Below, in pieces: positions 49,048-60,520 of a stretch of 64,000 nucleotides of DNA; within the stretch, counting starts at the first letter, position 1, and each line of letters begins with the position of its first letter. The DNA is taken from assembly GCA_004431415.1 (NCBI GenBank), contig QPMI01000295.1:1-64000 (forward strand), written 5' to 3'. This DNA comes from Cyanophora paradoxa CCMP329. Its lineage: Eukaryota > Plantae > Glaucophyta. The notes beneath the pieces are model-generated. The model saw only the letters and a list, made by a program, of their open reading frames with translations. It made no database searches and had not been told where the DNA came from. A program made the position numbers and the translations under genes.

Positions 49048-50281
49048 ACTACTGTAGAACGGGTAATATTTAGTATACTGGATCTTTTTAGTACCAAAGT
49101 TTTGAGGGCTGAGTACTAAATATTTACCGTATATTAAACCTGAACCGCGTGGGGGGGGGTACATAGCACTGTCGCGTCGGCGCAGCCGGCGCCGTACGTA
49201 GTTGCAGCGCGGGAGATCTAGAAGCATGCCGCCGAAGGGAGTGCAGAAGCGTGCGGCGTCGCCGCTGAGTTCGAGCGACGAGCGTCCATATGCATCCAGC
49301 CGCCCGGCCACGCCTAGGCCTTCACAGCGGAACGGCGTTGTATGGCGCCCTATACGCTGACGAAAAAAAGTCTTCTATGTAAATCGTTAACTTAAATCGC
49401 GTGTTCGCGTTACTGCAGAACTGGGCGAACTCGACTTGAACAATTACGTACCCCCCTTTTGGACTTTGTCGCGGCGTCGCGCGGCGCAACGAGCTCGCTC
49501 AAAATGCACCAACCAGCGCCACCATGCACACAGATTGAAGATCAATCATGGAACGCATCATAGACGCGCTGGCCGGCGATTCCGTCTGTCCGTTTTCGAT
49601 TCGCTCTGTGGCGAAGTTCGAACGCTTTTTTTGCCAACGGCTTCCGACTTCACCCCCCACTTAATTTTTCAAGTTGAATATGTTTCGAATATATATTAAG
49701 CTCTAATAGACTTGACTTGAAAAATTAAACTTGAGCGTATAGGGCGCCATACAACACCGTTCCGCTGTGCTTGGCCTGATGCGCATGCGTCCGCCAACGA
49801 CCGTCGGACCCCGCGCACGGCGCTGCGCGGCCTGCCCGACCCCGCTGCGCCCCCGCCCACCCCCGCCCGCCGGCGCCCCCGCCCGCCTGCGCGCCCGCCC
49901 CCGCCCGCCCCCGCCCCGGCCCCGCCCCGCCCCCGCCCCGCCCGCCCCGCCCCCCCTCCCCCGTGGTATCCCCTCCGAGGCTCTGGAACGAGGACCGTCG
50001 GACGAGATCTAGATCGATATCTAGATCTGAGCTGCAGCTAGCGCTAGTGCTAGCGCTAGCTATAGTGCTAGTGCTGTTTCTTGAAGTGCATACGAGCTGT
50101 GCGAAGTGCGGGGGGCCGGGGCGCACCAGCAGACCCCCCCCGCGCGCGCCGCGCCCACCCCCTACTAAAGCTCCCTACTAAAGCGCTCCGCGGCCAAGTC
50201 TTAAATATTTTCAGGCTACTGGGGTCTAATACTAAATACTAAATATTTTGGGGTCTTAAATATTACCCGTTCTTCAGTAGT
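49048..50281. mobile_element. Non-autonomous TIR element containing a nested MITE
   Basis: 25-bp TIR actactg(t/a)agaacgggtaatattta with one mismatch; subterminal taaatattt repeats at both ends. Superfamily unresolved. Confidence 0.75.
49323..49769. mobile_element. CMC/CACTA-like MITE (CACAG termini)
   Basis: 36-bp TIR cacagcggaacgg(c/t)gttgtatggcgccctatacgct; 3-bp TSD CTT at 49320-49322 and 49770-49772. Confidence 0.85.
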
Positions 50282-50380
50282 CCGCGCCGAGCCTCGGAGT
50301 CCGCGGCCGGGCCCGGCCGCAGGGACTCCGGGATCCGGCCCCATCTCCGGGTCCGGGACTCTGGACCGGGAGTCCCGGAG

Positions 50381-50850
50381 TAGGGCTGGGTTCAGTCACT
50401 GTCAGTCAAAGTCAGAGGGTCTGACTGACCCGACTGAGTCACCAAATTGGCCGACTGAGGTTCTCTCAGTCCCATACAAAATACTGTTGGGAGCGTGCCC
50501 CCCTGTGGGCTTTTTCCATCTGAAGCTCGACGTAGATCGACCTAAAAAGGATCTTCTGTCGTCTTACCTCCAGAAAAACAACGAAATCTGAACGAAACCG
50601 CCCGCGCTAACGAGGCTAACGGGGGCCGAATTCCTTTCACCAGTGTTCTTAAGCTTTGCTCGCATAATCACTCCCTACTGCCCGCGCACTGTGCTTGGCA
50701 ACTTAGATGGATCGCATCTGGGTCATTTCCGGGTCATTTTCCTCAGTTTTTGCACGGTAGCCTGACTGAACCTCGGGTTGACTGATTCAGTCACAGTCAG
50801 GGGGGCTGAGCGACTGGGTCAGGGGTGGACCCTGACTGAACCCAGCACTA
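50381..50850. mobile_element. hAT MITE
   Basis: TIR tag(g/t)gctgggttcagtca; 8-bp TSD tcccggag at 50373-50380 and 50851-50858; many subterminal TGACTGA/TCAGTCA motifs. Confidence 0.9.
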
Positions 50851-51366
50851 TCCCGGAGTCCGGCACTGTCCGGGAGTCCGACGGTCGCGCGCGCGCCGCG
50901 CGCGGAATCTGATCGATATCATGAGCCTACTACCCGGTGACCGTACCAGGCCTAGCCTGCGGCCGGCGGCGGGCCTGCGCAATGCGCATGCCTAGGCCGG
51001 GCTAGTAAGGTGCTAATTATAACAGGCTATAGCTAGTATAGCTAGTGACTGGCACACTGACTGCCACAATCCGATGATCTGCCAGGCCCCGTCGCCGCCG
51101 GGCCGTGACGTCGGCCCACCGCGCCGCCCACGTGCGCACTGCGCAGCGCTAGCTATAGGTATAGCCGCCGGCGCCGGCGCGCCACATGCAGGCTCCACAT
51201 ATGCATGTACAGCAGCAGATCTTGATTGCGCGTGTACATGCCATGCCCGGCATGCCACGATGGTGCCGGCGCCTCGGTGAGCGCGCGTTGCGCATGCAGG
51301 CTTGAGGACCCGCGGGCCGCCGCCGCGGCCTCCACACGTGACATCTCGAGTCTCGGTGGGCGGGTG

Positions 51367-53910
51367 CTACGGCTGCCAGTACCAGAGGGGGATGTCGAGG
51401 GAGACGGCGTGGACGGAGCCGCGCGCGAACTTGAGCTCGTAGGCGAACTGCGCGCCCGCGCCGGGTGAGGCCCCGGGAGGGGGGGGGGGGGGGGGGGGGG
51501 GGGATGGCGGCCGGGCCGGGCGGGGGGCGGGGCGCGTGGGGGCGGGGCGGGGGCGCGGGCCTTGGAGAACCAGGAGGTGAAGGTGCCGACGAGGGCGTCG
51601 CACTCGGAGAGGAGGGCGAGGTTCTTCGCCGCCGTCACGATCTCCCGCTGCACCTGCGCCCCGCCCTCGGCCCCGCGCTGCGCTGCGCGGCGCTGCGCGG
51701 GGCGGGGCGGGGCGGACGGCCTCGTCGCGGAGGACGCCCTGACGGATCTTGAGGCCCGCCCCGTCCGCCCGCTCCTCCGCCTCGTCGTACAGCAGCCGCA
51801 TCCCCGCTGCGCCCCCGCCCCCTCACCCTCCCGCCGGCCCGCGCGGCGCCGGCGGGGGCGGACGGGGCAGGAGGGGCCGGAGCTCGGCGATGGCCCCGGG
51901 GTCGTCCGTCGCCACGAAGACCGAGCGCGCCCCGAACCACTGGCCCGGGGCGGCCCTCAGCAGCGCCGCGCGCCGCGGGGGCGCCGGCGAGGGCACCTCG
52001 GCGACCTCGGCGATCTTCTTCGCGTACGTCTCCAGCGAGAGCTGCCGGCGGGGCGCTCGGGCGGGGGCCCCTCGGGGGCACAGCCGGCGGAGCCGGCGCG
52101 GCGCGCACCACCTCGAGGGCCTCCGCGATGGGGCCCTTGATCTTGTCCCCGCGCCGCACGTGCACGCATATCTGCGCGAGCAGGCTGGGATGGCAGGTGG
52201 AGGGGGCGGCTCCCGGCCCCGCGTCCCCGGCCCGCTCCCACGCACCCTCGGGCTGTACCCGAGCTCCCACTGCACCGCCGTCTTCGTCGCCTGTATCGCC
52301 TGGGGGTACGGCATCGAGCCTCATGGGGGGAGGTATGGGATGCGAAAGAAGAGAGCGGGGTACCTGCAGCACGCGGGGCAGGGGCTTGAAGAGGTACCTG
52401 GGGGGTGGCGGGGGCGTGAGCGTCTCGCGTCTCGTGCCCCTGGCCCCCGCCCACCGCGCGATCTGGGCCTTCCACCAGAGCACGCCCCGGTCCCGGAAGT
52501 GGTCGGGCACCATGTACCAGTACCTGCGGCATGCGTGCTCGCACTGAGGCGTCGGGCTGCGAGGGCGGCGGGGGTACGGAGGCGCACCGGCACCAGGCGT
52601 ACGGGATGAAGTGCCTGCAGGCTCGGATCTCGTTTAGGGTGTAGTCAGGGAAGTTCCAGTCATACTGGCGGGTACGGGCACCGATCGGCGCGAGTGCAAT
52701 GGGGGGGGGGGGGGGGGCGAGGGGGAGGGGGAGGGGGTTGCAGTACCTGGCTGGGGTTCATGTAGACGACGCGGTCCCCCTCCGTGAGGGACGAGAGAAG
52801 CACCTCCTGCGCCGCCGCATCAGGAGGGGGGCGGGGGGCAGGAGTGCGGGGCGGAGTGCACACGGAGCGGGAGGGCCAGACGTCGGCCTCGGAGCAGGTG
52901 GAGACGGGCTGCGGCGGGGCGTCGGCCGGCCGCGGGGCGGGGCCTGCGCCGCGATGGCACCTCGAAGTAGCACTCGAAGGTCTTGCCGGCGCAGCCGGGG
53001 GCCCACATCCACTCGTCCGGGCTCGCCACGACCAGCGTCCGCCCGTGCACCGCCGCGTACGTGAACGCCCCCACCAGCCACTGCGCGGCAGGCGTCGCAA
53101 GCGGCGCCGTGCTGCCGCGCGGGCGCGGGGGCCCGGGGGCAGGGGCCCACCTGGAGCATGGCTGCGGCGGGGCGTGAGTGAGCGGGGGGGCGGAGGCGAG
53201 GGGGCGGGCGGGGGCCGGGGGCGCGCCGGCGAGGCCGTTGTCGAACTTGGAGAACTTGACGACGAGGGCGCGCGCCTTGGAGCAGTCCGGCGGCCTCTGC
53301 CGCTCCCGCATCTCCCCCAGGAACCGCTTCTCGGGCTCCCAGTCGTACACCTGCGGCCGGTCGGCCACGCGGGCGCCAGCGAGGGGCGGTGCGGGGCGCG
53401 CACCTGCTGCGCGCGCTCCTTGGCGATGTACTTGGCGGTCATGCTCTCGAGGGTCTCGGCCTGGTCGACGCGGGGGACCTTCGTGCGCTTGTGCCAGCGC
53501 AGGTTCTCCTGCCGCATCCCCTCGCTGATGAAGTACGGCGTGAGGAAGCTCGCCAGCACGAAGACGCCCAGGACGGCAAGCTTGGCCCACGTCGGGAGGC
53601 GGTGGATCCGCAAGAGCAGGCGTCGAACGTGCATGCCGAGGCGCTGCACCTTCGCACGCCCCGCCGCCGCTGGCGTCGTGCGCTTGCCGCGAACGCCGTG
53701 GCTGTCCTCCTCGAGCGAAATCGGCAGCAGGTCGTCGGCTGCCGCGGGAGAGCGCAGCGGGCCGCGGAAGGGCGACTTGCTGGGCGCGGCGAAGGACGGC
53801 ATGTCCACTTCGACGACGGAGGGGTGCCTGTGCGTGGTGCTCGACGTCGCGCGCCCCAGCAGCTTGACCGGCTCCTCCCCGCGCTGGGCATTGAGCTGAC
53901 CCGCAGTCAT
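51367..53910 (-). CDS. Alpha-1,6-fucosyltransferase-like (GT23/FUT8-like) type II membrane glycosyltransferase
   Basis: Single TM (WAKLAVLGVFVLASFL); ECYFEPVSTC; CVHVRRGDK; VFVATDDP; LSECDALVGTFTSWFS. Confidence 0.85.
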
Positions 53911-54247
53911 CGCCGCCGCGGAGCGCCGCGAGACTCCGCGCGCCGGCCCGCCTGCGACTTTTTTACCGCTCGGTACGTGGACCAGTTTTGGGCTGGCGCA
54001 GCTGGCCGCGCCGTGTAGCGCGCGCGACCGCTCACGCAGTCGGCTCGCCCAGGATGCTGTTCCAGTCGTGGATTCTACGCCCGCTAGCTTTGGGTCGAAC
54101 AGCTTCAGCCTGGGCCTGCCGGGTCGTCGGGCCGGGCCGAGGTCGCTTGAAAGCCACTCCCAGGGATCGAACCCGCGCAGCTATGAATTCCGGAGACCCC
54201 AGCGCTGCATGCGCAGATCTAGATAACATACGATGCGCGGGGTTTAG

Positions 54248-56721
54248 CTACGCGGGGGGGAGGGCGGCGGCGAGGACGCCGAGGAGGCGGCCCAGCTCCG
54301 ACTCCGTGTTGTAGTGCAGCATCGAGACCCGCACCTGCATGTGCCCACCCTCAGCGCATGCGCGCGCACGTGCACGTGCAGGATCCTGATGCCCCGGCCA
54401 GGACCGGGCCCAAAGCGCGTGCGCGCCCCGGCGGATCCAGAGCTAGCGCTCCAGGCGGCGGCGCCGGCCTAGCTATAGGCCTAGGGCCTAGGGGTCGACT
54501 CGGCGACGTCTATGGCCCCCGGGCCGCAGGGGGCAGCAGCGCTGGCGCTGGCGAACCACGCCGCCGCTGCCGTTCTGCGCAGCGGTGAGGCCAGGGTGGA
54601 CGTCAGGGGCGGGGCCGGGGGCGGAGGCGGGGCCGGGGGCGCCGGCGCGGGCGGGCTGCGCTGGGGCTGGAGGGGTGGGTGCGGGGCGGCGCACGACGGG
54701 GAGGCGGAGGGCCTCCTCGACGAGGCGCTGGGCGTAGAAGTGGCCGCTGCGCACCCCCACCCCCGCCGCCTCCGCTGCCCCCACCACCTCCTCCCCCCGC
54801 CTCCCCTCCACCACGAAGCTTCACGCCCCCGGGCGTCACTTCCGGGGTCCGGCGCCGGCGGGCGGAGATCCAGGCGGCACCTGACGGTGGAGACTCGGGA
54901 GTCGCGGGAGGCATCGGCCGGGCCCACGATGCGGACGCCGCGCCGGCCCTGCACGCCCCGCCGCCTCACGCGGAGCCTCGCAGCGCGCCGGCCAGCGGGG
55001 TGCGCTCGGGGCACCTGCAGGAAGGAGAGGAGGCGGGATGCGAGGCGCTCCTCGTACCCCGCGATGGCTGCGAAGGCCTGCGCCGGCCCCGTCGTCACGG
55101 GCCGCGCCCCGGCGGAGGGGGCGGGGCGGCGGCCTGCTGGATGCGGGCGTGGCGCGCGGGGGCGAGCGGCACGCCGGCGAGCTCGCAGCAGCGCGCGGCG
55201 AGGGCCTGCAGGGGGAGACCCCCGCGGCCTCAGCCGAGCCGCACTTCGGACGCGGGGCGCGGGCGCGGGGGCGCGCGCCTCGAGGTACTCGATGAGGCCC
55301 ACGGCGCCGTAGCTGAGCTCGTAGTTGGGGCCCCCCGGCTGCGAGCAGGGGCCAGTGAGGGGAGGCGGGGGCGGGGCCGGCGCGGGGCGGGCCTGGAGGC
55401 GGTAGGGGAGGTCGGAGGCGGGGACGAAGCGGTGGTTGAGGCTCGCGAGCGCCTCCAGCAGCGCCCGCCGCCCGTACAGCACCGCCCCGTGCGGCCCGAA
55501 GACCTGCCGCCCTCCCCTCCTGATCGGGGCGAGCGGGGCCGCGGGGCGGGGCGGGGCGGGGCGGGCCTTGTAGGTGGAGAAGCAGTAGAAGTCGGCGCCG
55601 AGGGCGCGCACGTCCGTCGCCCGGTGCGGCGCGTGCCCCACGCCGTCCACCACCCTGCGCGCACCTCCGGCCTCTGCAGGGAGCCCCGGGCCCGGCACCA
55701 GGCGCCGCGGCGCACGAGAGGGCGCCGTGCCGGCGGGCGACCGCCGCTGCCTCGGCTGCCTCCTGCGGGGCGCCTGCAAGTGAGTGCAAGGGCGGGCGGG
55801 GCGGGGCCGAGGGGGGCGAGGGCTCGGGCAGAGGCGCACGGGCTTCAGGGAGCCCAGGATGTTGCTGCAGTGCGTGAAGCAGACCAGGCGCGTCCGTCGA
55901 TTCGCCCCCGGTCCTGCACATGCGCGAGCGATGCGCTCGGCGCCGGCGGCCGGCGGCGCCCTGCGCGCGCCTAGTGGCGCACCGCCCGCCGAGAGGAGAC
56001 TTTCCAGATCCTCGACCCGAAGCGATTGCGAGGGCTCGTGCAGCTTCCTGCCGGCAGGCGCGCCCGTCGACGTCGACCGTCTCGCCCGGGAGCGACGGCG
56101 GCCGCTGCCGGGCTGGGGCCCCCGCACCACCACCGGAGGACGACGCGGCCGCCGCTGCGCTGCGCGAGGCGCTCCCAGCATCCGACGTTCGCCTGCACGC
56201 TGCGCCTGAGCGGGATGGGCCGCGCGGCGCTACGGCCGCACCTCGTGATCCACATTTGTGCAAACGATGTCGTGCTGGAGGCCCGGCGGCGGGTCCGCCG
56301 CGAAGATCGAATGCTCCATGGCCAGGGCGAGGGAATTGAAGAGCTGCGTCGTGGAGGGCCCATAGACGATCTCATCGGGGTCCGCAGCGTTGATGAACTC
56401 GGCGAACGCCGCTGTTGACGCGGCCCGTCGCCTTCACGGACCGCGCGTACGTGGCCCCGAGCTGCACGTTCGAGGAAGTAAGATAGTCCACAGTACGCTC
56501 AACGCACTGAGTCGCTATCTGACTACCGCCCGCGTTGTCTGCGCATGCATGCGCATGCGCAGTGAGCGGGGTCGCGTGCCGCGTACGCGTGCGCGCGGCG
56601 CACCCAGAAGCACTTCATCACAGCCGCGCAGGGAACGGAACTGGGAGCGGGCGAAGGAGACGGGGAAGCGGGCGCCGAGCTGCCCGAGCGCTTCAAGCGA
56701 GGCGACGATGTCCTGCTCCAT
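54248..56721 (-). CDS. Class-V PLP aminotransferase / cysteine-desulfurase-like protein (multi-exon)
   Basis: ARSQFP, CFTHCSNILG, VDGVGHAPH, ADFYCFSTYK|VFGPH, GGPNYE, VRSGHFYA, VRVSMLHYNT. Confidence 0.88.
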
Positions 56722-56881
56722 TTAGATCTCCGCTGCTGGCTGGGTGGGGTGGCTGCAGTCGCTGGCTCGCTGCGAGTCGCTGGCACTCGCTGCTGGATTT
56801 GGGGTACGGCACAATACCGTCGACCTGAGCGCGACCAGCAGCAAGTCGGTCGTTGCTAAGGCGCAAAAACGTGCTAGCTGT

Positions 56882-59226
56882 ATGGAGGAGGAGGAGGCAC
56901 ACGGCCCCGCGTGGGTACGCCCGGACAGCTCGCTCGTCCTCTGCGCCGCCAAAGCTTGCGATAGCTGAGAGATCTCTAATTTCATCGCATGCTTTAATTG
57001 CCTCTGCCTTCGCAGGTGGTGCGGCTTCAAAAGGCGCGGGCGGTCGTCTACAACACCTTAGACGAGCCAAGCACATCCAGCCTTGCATTTGCAGCAGCTA
57101 TTCTCATCTTCGCTGCGATTCTGTGCGCCAGACTCTAGCTAGCTATGCGCCGCCGCTGATCCGCCGCAGGCTGTCTGCCGTGAGCTTTTGCCTCGAGACA
57201 GTTCCGGAGCTGAGGGACTGGCACGGCTGGCCCGCTATCGAGATTCTCTGCATCGTAATCTTCACTGCCGGTTGCGCCCCGGCTTAGCTTGGCACTGCGG
57301 CTTAGCCGCCCAGAGTTTATGCTCTTTACACGGTAGCTACACGCCCACATGCTACGCCCACAGAGTTTATGGGGCGACTTGTTACCTGCCCGAACCTGTG
57401 GGCCTTCGTGAAGAGTGCGCCTCTGCTTCTCCGCCCTGAGCGTTGCAGCGCCCGCTGACGAGCGCCGCGCAGCGCCCATGAACATAATTGGTCTGCGCCC
57501 CGACCCGCCGCGGGCGCCCCGGCCCGCTAGCTAATCGCGTGCACGCCGCGTGGTAGACGCCATCGCAATATTGCCGTGCGCCCTCCCACGCTGGTCTCGT
57601 CTTTCGACTGCCTCCTGAATCCTTTGCTTTCCCGCAGGTGGTACATTGAGATAGGGCTCGACGCCGACAGCAACATCGGTGCCCTGCGCTGCGGCCGTGC
57701 CGCGCCGCGCCCTCCGCTCCGGCTGATCGATCCCTGGCGCCTCCAGGCTCGAACCTCATCCTCTTCCGGCTGGCGCGGCTCACGCGGGTGGTGCGCGCGC
57801 CCGCTCCGCCCCGGGCGCCGGCGCCGCCTGCTCGCCGGGGCGGGGCGCGGGGCCGAGCGGACGGGGGCGCAGTTCCGGGTGATGAAGCTCACGAGGTACA
57901 GTGTCTCGCTGCGGCTCGTCGGCCGCGCCCTCCGCTCGAGCGTCGACGCCCTGGTACCCCCCACTCGCCCCGCCGCGTGCGGCAGCTCGGGGTGAGCCGG
58001 GGACAGGTGCTGCTTGCGTTCTTCATCCTGATCGCGTTGGTCATCTTCTCCTCGGGGGTCTACTACGCGGAGAAGATGGGCGAGACGTGGAGCCCCGAGC
58101 TCAGGTGCCCCGTCCGCGACGACGGCCTCTGGTGCCCCGCCCCCCGCCCGCCGCTATCCCCTCTCCGCCCACGCCCCGCTCTCCTCAGCAACCCCTTCAC
58201 GAGCATACCGCACACCTTCTGGTGGTGGTGCGCCCCGCGCTTGGGCCCCGTCGCCGCCCTCCCCCGCCGGACGGCAACGACGCTGACGCCAGGGCGTACG
58301 CAGCATCACTACCCTGACCACCGTCGGATATGGTCAGGCTTGCGCTCAAGTCTACCCCCGAAAGCACTGCAAACGCATTCCGAGCAGGGGACGAAGTGCC
58401 GCGGACGGTGGCGGGCCGCATCATCGCGGGCATTTGCATGCTGACGGGCCTCCTGATCCTGGCCCTCCCGACCTCCATCCTCGGCACCTCTTTCATGCAG
58501 GAGCGCCAGGCCGTCCGCGAGGTCCCCGCCCCGCCCCCCGCGCCCCGGCCTCCGCGCCCCGCGCCCAGGCGCCGGGCGCTGACGCCGGCGCAGCAAGCGA
58601 TGATGCGCATGAACGCTGTGCAGAGCGACGCGCTGCTGGGGCGCAAGACGGCGCGCAAGTGGGTGCCCCGCGGGGCCGGCGAGGACCCGGCCTCGCCGAA
58701 GACGCGGGCGGGGGCGGCGACGGCGCGGCGCGCGGAGGGCGTCACTACGCGCGCCAGCGAGCTCGTCGGCGTCGACTCCCCGACGCCCAAGTCCAAGGAG
58801 GGGGCGCAGACGGCGCGGTCGCGCGTGTACGTGACGGGGCGGCACGTCTTCGGGCGCGTGGCGTCGAGCCCGTCGCCTCCGCCCGGGACGGGGGCCGGGG
58901 GCGGCGTGGCGGACGTGGAGCGCACGCTGCAGGCGCTCGAGGGCTACGCGGGGACCCTCGCCTCGCAGCTCCAGGCGATGGAGTCCGCCCTGCAGGTCCC
59001 CTCCCCGGCCCCCGCCTGCCCGCCCCACCGACGCCCCGCCGCGGGCCCCGCGCAGGCCGGCCGGGAGCGGCACCAGTACATATCGGACCTGGTGGCAATC
59101 CTGAGGAAACAGATCGTCGCGGCGCCGCCGCCCAAGGACGGCGGGCGCGAGGCGGAGGGCGATGGCGGCGGCGGCGGCGGGGCTCTATCCTCCCCGGAGG
59201 ACCCCGATGGGGCCCTCTTTCCATAG
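56882..59226 (+). CDS. Voltage-gated K+ channel (Kv-like 6-TM, no T1 domain visible)
   Basis: FCLETVP, S4-like RLTRV|FRVMKLTRYS, FTSIPHTFWWC|ITTLTTVGYG|DEVPRT, LALPTSILGTSF, C-terminal coiled coil. Confidence 0.9.
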
Positions 59227-59383
59227 CAGCGCTTGGGTCTTTTGCGGCGCTTTTCCTATTGAATATGCGAGCGAACGCGTAGCATATGACTTTGTATGCC
59301 TGCCACTCCGTAAGCAGCCTTGATTCTATACAATGATTGTTAGGGGTACAACCTTCAGTCTTCTTTCGCGCGAAGCAGTGAAG

Positions 59384-60520
59384 ATGTGTCGCGTGGCTCG
59401 TCGTGGGAGGGGCCCTAGCTGGGCCCCTCTGGTGGTCACACTTGTTCTCGTCGTCGTCGTTTTCAGCCTCTTGGCGGCCTGCGCGGAGGCGGGGTCGAAA
59501 AAGAAGGGCAAGTCTTCCGCAACGGGCTCCCGCAAGACAGCCCGTCCGCGGCCGACCGCATCCGCCCAGCCACGAGCTCGCCGTTCCACGCGTGTGACCG
59601 AGGCGGCGGACTCCGGCGGCGAGGACAACGGTTCGGCGCCTACTCCAACGCCAAGTGGCCGTCAGTCAACCAGCAACAAGCGCAAGGCGCCAGCCGCCCC
59701 GGCAGTCGAAAACCGCACCAGTGACGGCGTTCCGGATCCGGAGCCATTTTCCGAGGACGAGGAGGATGTGATTGCCGGCGTGCAGCGTCGTGAGCAGTTC
59801 GGCGGTGCAGCCACACGAGAGGAAGCTCTTGCCGCACAGATGTTCCCGAATCTCGAGATGCCGGTTCCCGACCAGCCAGGACCCAGCCGGCACACTCGGC
59901 ACCGCCACGGCCCGGTTCCCGTCGTCAATGCCACAACAGCCCCTGCCGGTGAGCTTAATGAGTACATTAAGAAGCAGATTCAGCAAGGCATAGACCGAGG
60001 GGTAGAGTCCATCCGTGAGCACCAGCATCAAATCGCTCAGGAGCAGCAGCGCGAACAGCATGAAGCAATGCAGCTTAAGAATACCTGGCTTCGGGAGTTT
60101 GCGTTCCAGCTGATACAGCTGCGTTTCCAGCTCAAGGGGCTCCTCTCGTGTGTCGCCTGTGCAGCAACCCTCAAAGCGTCTTTGAAGCAGCTCGAGGAGC
60201 TTAAGAAGAAGATAGATATCCGCGACAAAGGCGGCGATAAGACAGCCGAGGCGCTTGCAGCTGTGCCGGAGGAGCACCGCGCACAGACCGCGTCGATGGC
60301 GTACGCGCTTCGTGTGGCTGGCGTCGGCGCCGGTAATTCGTATGCACCAGCTGAGCGCCAGCCGTCTAGCTATCGGCCCCCGCAGCGGCAGCGTGTCGAA
60401 CGCGAGCAGGCGCCCACCGCCCAGCGGAATGGCGGCGCTTGCTTTAGGTGCAACCAGCACGGCCACCATGTGAAGGATTGCACCAACCCGCCGCGCCCGG
60501 ATTGGCGCGAGAAGAAGTAG
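59384..60520 (+). CDS. Gag-like protein of element 2 with signal-peptide-like N-terminus and CCHC knuckle
   Basis: First ATG at 59384; PSWAPL-hydrophobic-ACAEA; REQFGGA; HEAMQLKN; IDIRDKGGDK; CFRCNQHGHHVKDC. Confidence 0.9.
   Translation: MCRVARRGRGPSWAPLVVTLVLVVVVFSLLAACAEAGSKKKGKSSATGSRKTARPRPTASAQPRARRSTRVTEAADSGGEDNGSAPTPTPSGRQSTSNKRKAPAAPAVENRTSDGVPDPEPFSEDEEDVIAGVQRREQFGGAATREEALAAQMFPNLEMPVPDQPGPSRHTRHRHGPVPVVNATTAPAGELNEYIKKQIQQGIDRGVESIREHQHQIAQEQQREQHEAMQLKNTWLREFAFQLIQLRFQLKGLLSCVACAATLKASLKQLEELKKKIDIRDKGGDKTAEALAAVPEEHRAQTASMAYALRVAGVGAGNSYAPAERQPSSYRPPQRQRVEREQAPTAQRNGGACFRCNQHGHHVKDCTNPPRPDWREKK

Noticed and set aside
300-59282. Many long Pro/Arg/Gly/Ala-rich ORFs and antisense overlaps in the ORF track
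   Set aside because: Expected from very high GC and stop-poor introns. The real proteins appear only after splicing.
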